Positions 27,112 to 40,189 of a stretch of 64,000 nucleotides of DNA are shown here, in pieces. The stretch lies in assembly GCF_006345805.1 (NCBI RefSeq), contig NC_042999.1:47492001-47556000 (forward strand). Reading direction: 5' to 3'. The notes under the pieces are model-generated. The model was not told the DNA's origin, searched no databases, and was given only the letters and a program-made list of their open reading frames with translations. A program made the translations under genes and the position numbers. The number at the start of each line of letters is the position of its first letter. Positions within the stretch are counted from its first letter, which is position 1. Origin of the DNA: Octopus sinensis (Eukaryota).

Positions 27112-29007
27112 ATCATGTATATGAATATACATATGTGTATATATACGCACAGGTCTGTGTGTTTGTTTGTATATATGTATGTATGTGTGTGTCTTTGTGT
27201 ATGTACATATGTTTTTACATGTAAACTTTTACACACTTACAAGATGATTTCCAAATTATTATAATTCATTGGAAAATTATTAATAACTATCTTTTCGGGA
27301 CAAATACCTGTCTTCCTAAATCTGTTACACACATCAGCGATTGTAATATTGTTATTATTATTATACATTTCTTCTTATCTTGATTAGTTTTATATCGACT
27401 ATGCCACTTCGAAAACTTGGTAGTATCTTTGTTATTGTCACGCTTACACTGTGTTGTAGTGTTTTACTCATAAGGTACCTCCGTGTATCAACCTAAGATG
27501 AGAAACCGGATAAAATCTCTTCTGAGTTTTTTCTACTATTCAAAAATGTCACTTCAATGATGTCATAGCAATAACTTACATTGCATTATTTTTGCTTTGA
27601 AAAACAAAATGTCCACTGAACATTTTCTATAAATTTTTTAGTGAAAGTCGGTTGAATGAACGTATTCCATTACAGGTATGAGGTTCCCCGTTATTATACG
27701 GAAGATATCAAGAAACCGTTCACATAACTCAAAACTTCGTTGAAGTTTCTTCGTCAAAATAGTGAAGAAATCCCAATGTGACACGAATTTAGAAAAGTTA
27801 CACTATAGAAAGCTATAAGTAGCAAGGTTTAATACTTGAATTCGTCTTAGACGGGAGAATAAATTCTTTCAGGTGAAGTTAACATTTTTGTACAAGGGCA
27901 CCCAATCTGCTCTGACTAACAACTTTGATGAAATATATACTATTCATGAGTCACACCCCATTTACTCATACCTTTTATATCTAAGATTCTGTTAATCCAT
28001 CTTTTTTATTTGAATCGGTATGAGATAACAAAGGAAACGTATTCCTATTCAGTTTTCAAAAAGAAGCAACCCAGTCAAATGGATATTGTTTCTTCCTAAT
28101 ACCGTTTCCTTAATCAAAGGAAACCGTATTTGAAAGAAAGTATCACTGGTAATTTTCTACTCTATATAGAAATCTATCTTCTACAAATGAATGATAAACA
28201 TACACACATATCTTTTATTGATCATATTATATTAATGACATTCATATACTTTACAGAAGTAATTCTGTTTCAGACGATAATAGCCTTTCTATTATCGTTA
28301 TTATTCTATTACAGTTTTCCCCATATTAATTTTTTTAAATATCTTATTTGCAAATTTTATTTAGACTTCCGTAGCTTAGTCAAAGGAAGATAATGCTCAA
28401 GGAGAAAATATACTGCAATCCCTCCGAAGTCACTAAACTTATAATCACTGAAACCATAAAAAATGTATGCTAGGCTTGTACCATCCAGAGATACATAGCA
28501 AAATATCAGAGCATTTTGCAAAGCATCCATTATGGAAATCATTTAGTGAATCTCGAAATGTTATCGTGTTAGAAAAATAGATATTTCGAAAAATTTTTGG
28601 AGTTAGACTATCACAAATCTACTTTCAATACTCTATAGATATTTTTGTGAAATGACATTATTTCGTGACAATATCAAATGTTTCTAATATTTCTCTAATT
28701 ATACAAACATCAAGGTGTTTGAAAATCTGGGACTTCTGCCTGTGAGAATATGAGCAATTTTTGAAACACTGCAAATAGTGTTACGGCATTTCGAAGAAAG
28801 ATATTTTTTCTATTGTTATCAGTTAGGAAATTGGTAACGGATGTAGTAGATAGGAATTCTATCCCTAAAGGGTAGTACACAAAGAGATTCGTTAATACAT
28901 ACATATAAGAAAATAAAACATATACATATATATTTATAAACATGTATATATACATACATATAATTAAATAAATAAATAAATAAATATATATATTTACATA
29001 CATACAT

Positions 29008-29124
<117 letters not shown>

Positions 29125-29587
29125 ATATTATTGAAAATGAGAAATCAAAGCATATGGAAATAATTGTGAGTCAAATATACGATAGGTGACAGCAATCTAA
29201 AAGAGAAAGTATGCAAAACAAGAATACAAACATTTATATTACACGTTGTAAATAGACATTTTGCAATGGGATATTGAAAAATGTTCACGAAGCACATTAA
29301 ATATATGATCCAAATTTTGAGTAGTGAAATGCTGAAAGAGTCACATACGATTCACGAATTAATTTTAAATTCATTTCGTTACATTTGTTACAATATTTCT
29401 AATAGAAAAACAAACTGAACTTTTAATTACATTCCATCTAAAATATTGCCAAATATAGAACCCGGTTACTGGAAATTTTTATACCAGTAAATATATAACA
29501 TACATCATCCGAAAACACAGAAGTACACATCACTGACACATCATATCATTCTGTTCCATTCTGAAATGTATACACACAGACACAAAC

Positions 29588-29620
<33 letters not shown>

Positions 29621-30314
29621 AATACACACACACAAACACACATACGTAAACACACTCGTGCAGGTGCACATGCGCACACTCAGGCACACGGACACACACG
29701 TACTAAAAATAAAATCATGGACTGATATATAGATATACATACACGTGTATATATCTTGTGTGGATAAACTTATTGTACTGTATTAAAGATATATTTCATT
29801 AATTTGAAAGCAATTTTTATCAGTATGATGCTTTGCTGAATATACGTAATTCCAGTAATGTTCACTTTGTCAGGAAACAAAAAGAATACCATTAGAGACC
29901 TTAAAAGTGTAAGTTTTTCTATTATAGTTTTTGACAGCTAATAAAATATTTAAATTCCTAGACGTTACTTTCCATCACAAAAATCAAGATCTAAATTATA
30001 AAATCTCATATCAAACCATTAAAAAGCCTTGATATGTTACATAGTAAAGCGTAAGGTACCGTAAAGACGCTCTAACTAGAGCTGGCTACATAAAGAAAAT
30101 AATGAGAGTAATAAACTTAGTCAAATTAATATGAGTTATCTCAGCAATATGCATAATTTTAGCGTGCGTAGCCATAAGGCTTGCTCAGATAAATGTTACA
30201 ATCCTAGTAAGGATGAAAAAAAATTGTAAATTAGCTGGGAAGCATCTTAGCAATGTGTACTGTCTTTATTTGATAACGATTATTTATAATAGTGCTATTT
30301 CTAGCACCAATATT

Positions 30315-30362
30315 ATCAATAATAATAATAATAATAATATAATAATAATAATAATAATAATA

Positions 30363-30428
<66 letters not shown>

Positions 30429-30510
30429 AAGAAGAAGAAGAAGAAGAAGAAGAAGAAGAAGAAGAAGAAGAAGAAGAAGAAGAAGAAGAAGAAGAAGAAG
30501 AAGAAGAAGA
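30315..30510. repeat. (AAT)n followed by a pure (GAA)n tract (~110 bp)
   Basis: Direct reading. Confidence 0.95.
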
Positions 30511-30529
30511 ATGATAGTAATAATAATCA

Positions 30530-32262
30530 CCAAGTACTCCGAATTGAAAGTGAAAATGGCAAGACTATATGGAACACGAGAGGGTAATGTAAAAGTGATC
30601 GGAGCGTTGGGATCAATCCCAATGATGCTTCAAAACTTCTTAAGGCAACTGGAAATCCCATGGAAGATTGATGTCTTGCAAAAAGAAACCATATTGTGTA
30701 CAGTTGTTTGCTAGAAAGGACGAAGACAACCATAGCAGAGTTTAGCAATGGAATCGGCGGTGGTTTATCTTGAAAATTTGCTAAGGAAAAAGCAACTTTT
30801 GTAAGAAGCAAGCTCATGTAAACAGCTTCCTTGATACCGACGCTAACATCAAGGAGCTTGACCCACAAGTAAAGCTACAAATACCTGAGGATAAGCGAAG
30901 GAGATGTTATACGAAGAAAGTAGTATTACAGGAGATTAAAAATACTAAAAACTGAACTGAGCTCCAAAAATCGCATCGAAGCCATTAGCATCCTAGCACT
31001 TCCGGGCTTCTAATACAGTTCCAAAACATCTATGAACATGCACCAACCAAAAGCAGACGATGGTCGTCTGTACCTATCTAGAAGTAATGGGGGAGGGGAT
31101 ATGATGGAGGTAGAAGTGTGATATAGGAACTCCACAAAAGCAATGAAAAAGTACATATCTAGTCCAGAGAACTAGATGCTGCGGCTTGTGTGCAAACAGC
31201 GAAAAATCACTTTCTATTGTCAAGAAAGCTTGCAAATTCGCAAGGGACTCCCGAATTTATCCTGAATTAGATGAAGAACCTGAAGCCACTTTCATCAAAC
31301 AAGCAAAACGGATCAAACAAACTTGAAAAAATAACGGGCAGAAACGAATTGAGAAGCTGCGGAACCTCTGCATAGATAGTATATTCTTCGAAGCCGAAAT
31401 GCTGATGTAGACCAAGCAACGACCTATCAGTGTTTCAGAAGCTCAGAAGTGAAAGTAGAGATAAAAGGTTTTATATTAGCTGCACAAAGATTTCTTACCA
31501 AAATCTACCAGGCTAACGTTCTTCAAAACGGTTCTAACCTTACATGCAGATTCTGCGGTACATTTAATGAAACAATAGACCATTTCGTCTCGGGATGTCC
31601 TGTGCTGGCATCAAACAAATACAAAAGTCGCCACAATAGGGTAGGGTAGTATTTACATTGAAAAACACGTAAAGTCTACAAAATCAGCACTCTAATTACT
31701 GGTATGAACATCATCCTGCCCCCGTCGCTGAAAGTAAAAAAAAGTCACTGTCCACTGGGAAATATCCAGTCAACACCGACGGAACGATCCAAGCTAATCG
31801 ACCAAACATAGTTGTTAACAAACAGAGAAGAAAATACTTGTAGACTAATAGATGTAAGTGCTCCCACTGATAAAAATATATCTTATTATATTGACAAATT
31901 CAGTAAATATAAGGACATTGAGATTGAAATAGAAATGATGCAGCATATTAAAGTGAGAACTGTTCCTGTTATTTAGGTACATTATGTATGATAAGAACAG
32001 GATGTCAGAACATCTAGAAAATATCCCAAGAGAACCATGTCTCAGAGAAATCCCAACGATTGTGCTGACAATTACTGCTCACATCCTTAAACAAACCCTA
32101 TAAATGTAAATGGCTGTTTTGTATTACATGAAGATATTTCGCCACTGTCCCTAAACCTTGCCCTCCCCAAGCTTTCAGTCATACTGTAACATATTTATCC
32201 ATCGCCCTAGGTCGCTGGATGTATCTCGGAAAGTGACTGTAACAAACATGAAAATGAAAGTA
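30530..32262 (+). mobile_element. R4/Dong-type LINE remnants (short 3' fragment plus ~1.5 kb of RT C-terminus, CCHC and REL endonuclease)
   Basis: YKYLRISEGD...KTELSSKNRIEAISILALP...KADDGRLYLSRSNGG...KGFILAAQ..YQANVLQNGSNLTCRFCGTFNETIDHFVSGCPVLASNKYKSRHNRVG...WYEHHP...IQANRPNIVV..CRLIDVSAPTDKNIS..KFSKYKDIEIEI. The 3' end abuts a ~130-bp (AAT)n tract. Confidence 0.9.
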
Positions 32263-32393
<131 letters not shown>

Positions 32394-32919
32394 TAAGTAG
32401 AAGGAAAATAATAAGTATAAAAATAAAGATAAGTTATTTGAAACAAGCAATGTGTTTAATTATCATAAACAAACTAATTTAGATGGAGTAGATTGTATCT
32501 TTTTGACAATAGAATTGTCGGCCAGTTCTGGCGATTGTATTGCACTTAATGCCGGAATTAGGTGTTAGTTCTTCTAGAGTTTTCCGTATGCAGATTATTA
32601 CATATCTGTCGCACCTTCGCTTCAGGAAGTAAAGTTGCAGTTTTTTCGGCTTTTCTGGTGCACTATAAGCTTGGCACACTCTGGTGATTATAAATGAGAT
32701 CTTTGTTCTCAGGACGCAGAGAACAAAGGTTCTCCATATGGTCGACATAATTTCTTTGCCTTTCATCATTTCGTTGTCGATGTAACATACCCCTTTCCAC
32801 GAACTTGCAGGGCTTGTGCCCAAATTTGAAATCTATATTATATGCACTAACTTTTCTTAATATTTTCAACTAATTGCACTGAACGATTACCTCCCTTATC
32901 ATTCACTTTATCTTTCTCC

Positions 32920-33385
32920 TTTATTTGTTTCAATCATTGATTGTGACCATGCTGGAGCATCTCCTTTAACTGTGTAGTCGAACGGAATGGCATCAGTAAT
33001 ATTTTTGAAAGCATAATACTAACTATCTGGCCTTCGTTTGCCGAGGAGCCAATTTACAATGTCATAAAGAAATAAGCACCAGACGTGAAACTTATAGATA
33101 CATATACACACACACACACACACACGTACACACACACACACACACATACACACACACACACACACACAAATGCACACACATATACACACACATGCGTACA
33201 CACCCACGCATACATAAACACAAACGCATGCTAAAATAAACACACACGTAAATAGTAAATATGACGGTCTTACCAAATCCACTCCGTCATTGATGGGCTC
33301 GGAGCTATAATACAAGACCGGAAGGTGCAACAGAGTAGGACTGAACCTAGAACCCCAAGGTTGTGAACCAGAAGCAAATTACTCA
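32920..33385 (-). mobile_element. Degenerate SINE with an internal (CA)n tract
   Basis: tttgtttcaatcattgattgtgaccatgctggagca ... accaaatccactc ... ggactgaacctagaacc, similar to the 58790 copy. Confidence 0.65.
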
Positions 33386-33962
33386 CTGGAAAACCATAAA
33401 TACTTCTTGTTTGTAGAATATTACTCTGACTTATACATTAAAAAGCACACTTCGCTGAGCAATCTTCCTAACACGACCTCCCCTCCCTTCTTCGTGGTAG
33501 GAAATATAAATTTACTTTGAACTATATACATAACTAATAAAATTAATTTGCGTAGTTACAGTACCCGCTTACCTAAGAAAATTCTGCAGTAATCTAAAAT
33601 ATTGGTGACATTTACAATTTCTCTAACTTAATTATCCCTATTAGTTTTGAAATTACTTTTCTATGTATGTATCTTTAGGTCTGCGCTTGCATATATATAC
33701 ACATACATACATACATATATATGTGTGTGTGTGTAGATATGTATGTATATATTTACATACAAATGTTTACAACGATCATAGTATTTATAATTATTGTTGG
33801 TGTTGCTGTTGCTGTTATCCATTTCGCCTCTTTTTTAGAATCCTCACTCTACTTCTATTACCTCAACGAGCTCGAAGTTGACAAAATATTTTATTTTTTC
33901 ACGGCACCCTCTACAAGAAGCTCTATGGCTAACCCTGTACTCTTTGAAGTACTTGTGGTGAG

Positions 33963-34243
33963 TGTGTGTTTTTTTTTCAGAAATTCGAATTATTAAGTTT
34001 CTTTCTAATACATATGGCGCCATAATGTTTATTAGGATTATTGTTAATTTTCTTGATAAATTTGTGTAAAGTCTTACAAATGGAATTGGTATATTAAATA
34101 AATTCATTGCTTTTTTATGATCTATTTGAAAAGGATTTCTTCTTGTTACTTCAAAATTTTGAATATAAATGTCAATGTTTTCCAAATAGGAACTGTTATT
34201 TGCTGCAGCAAACAAGCAGTTTCGTACTATTCCTGTGACACAA

Positions 34244-34294
<51 letters not shown>

Positions 34295-34305
34295 GCGTGT
34301 GTATA

Positions 34306-34355
<50 letters not shown>

Positions 34356-34493
34356 GTTTGATTTGAAAACCCCACTAGAATGGGAGAAAGCGCTAATGAC
34401 CTAAGTGATATGATATATATATAAAAAATGTAATATAAAAATAAATATCTATAATATATAAACCATCCGATCTTTTGAGTACCTCATTTCTTC

Positions 34494-34525
<32 letters not shown>

Positions 34526-34793
34526 GTTAATCCAAACAAGAAAGCACAAAAAAAACACAACGACGCGAGGACGTGGAACAAACATGGTATTATTGGACAC
34601 CCAGGAAAGAAGGAAAGAAGGAGGGTTTAACGTTTCGAGCGGAGCTCTTCGTCGGAAACATAGGGGAAGGAAAGATCCAGAGGAAAAGACAGAGGTAAAA
34701 CATCGCCAAGGGTACACACGCAGTCACACGCGATCACACGCGGTTACACGCGGTACACACTCGGTCACACACACACACACACATACACCACAT

Positions 34794-34887
<94 letters not shown>

Positions 34888-35299
34888 CGTATATATGGGT
34901 ACAGGATGATACCAATAGTTAACATGAAATACAAAATCTAATGAATTAAATACGCAAATAACGAGAGAAAAGATGGCATATATATATATATATATATATA
35001 GATATATATATATATCCTTGTGTCACAGGAATAGTACGAAACTGCTTGTTTGCTGCAGCAAATAACAGTTCCTATTTGGAAAACATTGACATTTATATTC
35101 AAAATTTTGAAGTAACAAGAAGAAATCCTTTTCAAATAGATCATAAAAAAGCAATGAATTTATTTAATATACCAATACCATTTGTAAGACTTTACACAAA
35201 TTTATCAAGAAAATTCACAATAATCCTAATAAACATTATGGCGCCATATGTATTAGAAAGAAACTTAATAATTCGAATTTCTGAAAAAAATAACACACA
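33963..35299. repeat. Long near-perfect inverted repeat: arms 33963-34284 and 34977-35299, 692-bp spacer
   Basis: The arms are reverse complements over ~322 bp, including an equal-length 38-nt (TA)n. I count 3 substitutions and 1 indel. The ORF track shows the same peptides on opposite strands (33844-34215 with 35046-35429; 34117-34353 with 34938-35144). Confidence 0.97.
34525..34770 (-). mobile_element. Short non-coding PLE-derived module with a hammerhead-like motif (34625-34659), inserted in (TA)n
   Basis: Minus strand gttt-CCGACGA-a-gagc-tcc-gctc-GAAA-cg-TT-aaac. Homologous to 60478-60680 (+). Confidence 0.7.
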
Positions 35300-36589
35300 A
35301 GCAACAGAAACAATGACGTATCGCCTGTTGTCGGCTGTCTATCTGCTCCTCATTTGGGGCATTAAACAATATGAGTTTTCGAAGACAGTTGCTCCCATAA
35401 ATTCCGAAATAAATTTTTGTATTTTATAGAGGGTCAAATTGGGAACGAAACAGGATAGTTGAAACATACAAAGAGACCAAATGAAAACAAAAATGGAGGG
35501 TCGTTAGAACAGAACGATGGTAAGACAGCGAACGCTGGAGAAATATTTCTTTGAGACGAGAAAAGATGGCAGAGAGAGATAGAAGACGTCCAGTCCCTAG
35601 AACGTCCTGGAGGAAAAGAAAGATGGTAACGTGAGGAAAAGAAAGATGGGCGATGGTCACCTGTGAGCAACGAGAGAGAGAGAAAGAGAGAAAGAAAAAG
35701 GAGAGAGATAGAGACAGATAGAAATCAGTGAAGGGGAGAAATAGGGAACTAGAAAAGGATGGGGAGAAAACAGTACATACTTGAGTCACATCAAAACGGT
35801 TAACATAAACTTACTTGGAAATCGATGCGTGGCGTTCAGTGAAATAATATATATATATATATATATATATACAATCACGGACACACAGACACACAAAATT
35901 ATGCATACGTAGTTAAAAAGCTAATGAGGTAACCTTGTTCTATATTCTTACGATTATTTCTTGCAATGAATGACAGGCTGGTTGCAAAGCTAGTTTACAG
36001 ACCGTAATTATATACATTGTTATACTTGCTTCCGAACAAATTATTTGGTTTCCTTCTTCGTTCCACTAACTATTAGTATGTATAAATTATTCGTGAAATG
36101 TAATGGCGTAGACTTCACTTGTTACGTTATAAAGTAGAATACAGGAAATTGGTTTAGACAATTATAAATGTATATAATTTTATATGCATAACTTTGTATA
36201 TATTTTATACTACGTGTAATTAAAGCAGTGTTTTACGGTCCAATGACATATTTGATAACGATACATTATGAGTTTCTTTACAAAGTGATGAGTTAGAATT
36301 TTTTACTAACAAGGCATTATCCTCTCGTTGAACTGCTCCTTACTTTGATATTGAAAGATTTCCTACTCTTCAACTGACGTAAGTACTATATTTTCGATAT
36401 TATTTTCGTTGTTTTAAAACTGTACAAAATCACATATTATTTAAAGTTACGCCATTTTATAAACAATGAAATGTGGGATTTTCAGCAAAGTTTCCTGTCT
36501 CACATACCCACAACTCAGGACTGAAGTATGTATATTAGCATCAAAGCTTGTATATGAACTTCCCTTTCCACAGCTACTCTATATCCATT

Positions 36590-36900
36590 CTCATCTGACC
36601 CACATGTGAACACTTTTCATTGTACCTTTCTCAATATCATACGCGCACCAATGTTTCATATGTGGTACGAACTACAATAGACAAATGATTGCACAAATGG
36701 TTGCAAATTGGTTGGCTATTTGTTACACTCCACTGAACACTCCATCCAATTTTACTCGGTCCCTGACCTTGCTATCAAGCTAATGGCTCACCACCCATTC
36801 CAAAACGTGGAAGAGTTCATCAGCTTTTTAAACATTTCAAACACTTTTCATTTAAATTCACCACGCCCATTTTCTAAATTACTCTTCCCGCTACACCACT
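36590..36900 (+). mobile_element. Highly degenerate PLE GIY-YIG remnant followed by a pyrimidine-rich tail
   Basis: FHCTFLNII...CFICGTNYNRQ...LHSTEHSIQ...EEFISFL....HLNSPRPF* resembles the FTCTSxNxIY..C..C...YIG...H...GH...E..I..L....GLN pattern. Confidence 0.5.
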
Positions 36901-37684
36901 TCTAGACCAAATGCCTTAGAACTTTCTATCCTCTTACTTCAATTATTCTAAGCAGCCCCGCCTGCACTCATCTCTCGCATCCCAACATCCGGTAATTAAA
37001 CCTTACTTCTTGTTGTCATAGTATGACCTGTAACCTTTCGATTGTTCCTTACCACCATACAATCACACACTTCAGGTGTACATGCATGCAATCACGCATA
37101 CACTCTTCTGTATGCATCTATAATTTTCCCGCTCTGGCACACACACAAACACGCATACACACACATGCACACACACCAACACCGAGCTCATTTTAAAGGA
37201 AACTCACCCACATTGACGCTTACACCGAGGCGCACTGGCATTCGCGTACATACACATTTCTACGTTTTGTATTTCCCTGTTTTAATTCACATGTCACTGA
37301 CGCATTTCTCTCTTCTACATCTACCTTTTATTTATGCTTCACCGCAACTCGCTTTACAGCCACTTAACACTCACGCACAAATACACACGCTCGCATTATT
37401 CTACTAAATCCCTCACTTGAAATAACTCATCTCTCTGTAAAACAAAAACAAAAGAGTCGTATTATTCTCTCGTCATTCCATCAACCGATTTCCTTGTTTC
37501 CACCTGCCCGTGCTTAGCAAAAGTTTAACATTCTTACATCTACGCTGCTTCTAACTTAGTGTTGTACTAACTTAAATTTATCGAAAATCTGTTCTATCAG
37601 TGAATTCAAAGCTCTATGATTGTAAAGAGTACTTACGTCATTCCACACACACACACAAACGTACACAATCTCTCTCACACACGC

Positions 37685-37728
<44 letters not shown>

Positions 37729-37741
37729 TCGCACATATATA

Positions 37742-37761
37742 GCTATCTAGCTAGCTAGCTG

Positions 37762-37830
<69 letters not shown>
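37742..37830. repeat. (GATA)n microsatellite
   Basis: Direct reading. Confidence 0.95.
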
Positions 37831-39569
37831 TCAGACAGTTAATATTGGTATAGAATTTCTATCAACCAAATTCACTCTGAAGTCTCAAAGAGTTATTCGC
37901 AGTTCCTCGCCCCGTGCCAACCCTCCTCTGCCACAGATGTATCCGGCTCTTCTGTACTTTCCCCTCAGGATGAAGGGATTCAGTCATGCATTATAAATTA
38001 ATTACTCGGATACGAGTCAATACCGACGATGACTCTGAAGATATGGGGTCAAATTAGGTCTTCAGCAGAAGATATAAGCTGAAGCTACAGCGAAGTGGAA
38101 TTATAACCGGGAGTAAGTGGTTGCAAAGCAAGCAACTTTCACACATCAGCATGCTCTCGACTATGTTTACACTCGCAAAAGTTACCTGGAGGGTGGCATT
38201 TTCTTATCCGGACATTTAATTGCATTAACAATCCAAAAAGGAACATCAGCATAAAGATTTTTTAAATGTTTGTTTCGCTTGTAAATTGTTTCGATCTTGA
38301 GGAGTGAGATTTTTTGGTATTAATTTTAGGATAATATATCTCATCGGAAATGTTTTGTAAAAATATTCATTAATAATTCATTGTATTTCGCCGCAGTATA
38401 TTTATTTCAATTCAGTACCTTCATATGATAATATGATTAACGTTAGTCAATTTTTTCATGTGCATTGGCTATCGTTATACTGTGAGTCTAAATATTTAAC
38501 ATAATGCGTTTTTGTTAAACAGCAATAAAAATGTTGTCGATTATTATGTACTATAAGGAATATAAATATACATATATTTAATGCCATCTCCATTCTGTAG
38601 AATTCAGAGCTAGTTGTGTAAGTTAAGATGTTTCGTAAGCTAATAGTCTGTGTAAAGAATGCGAACGAAGGCAGTAAAAAACAAAAGAATTAATGGTGTA
38701 TAAGATAACTTGAAGGTCTATTTTCCTTTCATCAGTACTTTATCCAGCATGTCAACTATCCACAAACACAATGTTTAAATACGCACTAGGTCTAGAGGTG
38801 TAACAGAACTGGAGACATGAATTTGCATATTAAGCTTATTTCTAGCAAATGATAAATATTTTCAGTTACTGGCAAGGCAACGGAATTTCATTTTCTAACT
38901 CGAAGAAAGCAAAATATTGGTAACAAAGCGAAATAATGTTGCCTTCCGAGTAATTAGATATACATATGCTCATGCACACACACATATATATATATATATT
39001 TATAATCATACATATACACACGCTTACATATACACGCACCAAATAACAAAGTGTATGTATGTATCGGCTGTCATGCAGGTGGAAGACAATGCATTAGATT
39101 AAATATATAACATAAACAGAATATAATAAAACGAATGTGAAGAGAAAAGAACAGTAACTGTAATAGCCAACTATGTGTATGAGTGTGTATGTGTGTTTGT
39201 GTGCGTGTGTCGATATATAAGAGGAAGAAAGATCCAGGGAACCATGTGTAGGGAGTTTTGTAAGGTTCAAGCATATTGAAAACAAATTATAGACAGTGTT
39301 AGGTCAGGAACGATAACAATTTATTGGCATTGAAGTTTACACACATTTTCCCATGTCGAAGTGACATGGAAATTCGAAAAGCTGGAAGTTTTTGTATACT
39401 GCACAGTAACCAAATAGATTCGCTATGAATGCGAATAAACATCCAAATTGAGGGAGTGGAATTGGTAAAAATCTACGCTCCTTAGCTAACTGATCCTCTG
39501 TTGTAATAATTACTCAATGACAGGTAATAAACAAAGCTATTCATCAGTACGGAAATACCTTATTTTCAA

Positions 39570-40189
39570 CAAGTTGTATTAAACGTGGGAAATCGTCTAC
39601 AGAGGTATTGAGCAAGCTTCTGCAAACTTATGGCAACGAATCAATGGATTGTATGCAATGCTTCGAGTGGCACAGGCGCACAATAAATCCACAGCTTAAT
39701 CAAGAGCATGCTCATTGTTTTTTTTTCACAACTACCGTAGGGTGCATCGGGGATTCGTTCCCCATGTCCAGACCATCAATCAAAAGTTCTACTGCGACGT
39801 TTTGAAGCGTTTGAGGGAGAAGATTGGTGAAAGCGACTGGATCTGTGGAACGTGAATAATTGGATTATGAACAGCGACAATGCACCCTTTCACTGAGCTC
39901 CCCTCACACGTGAGGTTCTCGCCAAAAGCAACGTTGCATCACTTCTACACCCAATCTATTCACCAAGTTTAGTGCCGACGGACTTCCATCTCTTCCCCAA
40001 GCTAAAAATACAGCTAAAAGCTCCCCAGAAAACAATTTCCAGGCCCTATTCAAAACGTGACAGGAACCTTGACACCAGTTTATTGCTGCAAAAGGTGACT
40101 ATTTCAAAGGGGATTATATCAAAACGTTGGTAAATAAGTTAATTGTTAATTAAACGTTTCTAGTCCGGGAACCATTTGATATCACCTCG
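39570..40189 (+). mobile_element. Mariner transposase relic with the right TIR
   Basis: GKSSTEVLSKLLQTYGNESMDCMQCFEWHRR...KSMLIVFF...QTINQKFYCDVLKRLREKI...SDNAPFH...HPIYSPSLVPTDFHLFPKLK. Ends tagtccgggaaccatttgatatcacctcgTA. Confidence 0.85.

Noticed and set aside
32479-32869. Overlapping minus-strand ORFs that look like a degraded LINE fragment
   Set aside because: No diagnostic motif recognised with confidence.
33844-35429. Two 'paralogous' 123- and 127-aa ORFs (MFAAANNSS...)
   Set aside because: Their identity comes from the inverted duplication. They have non-ATG starts and no recognisable domain.
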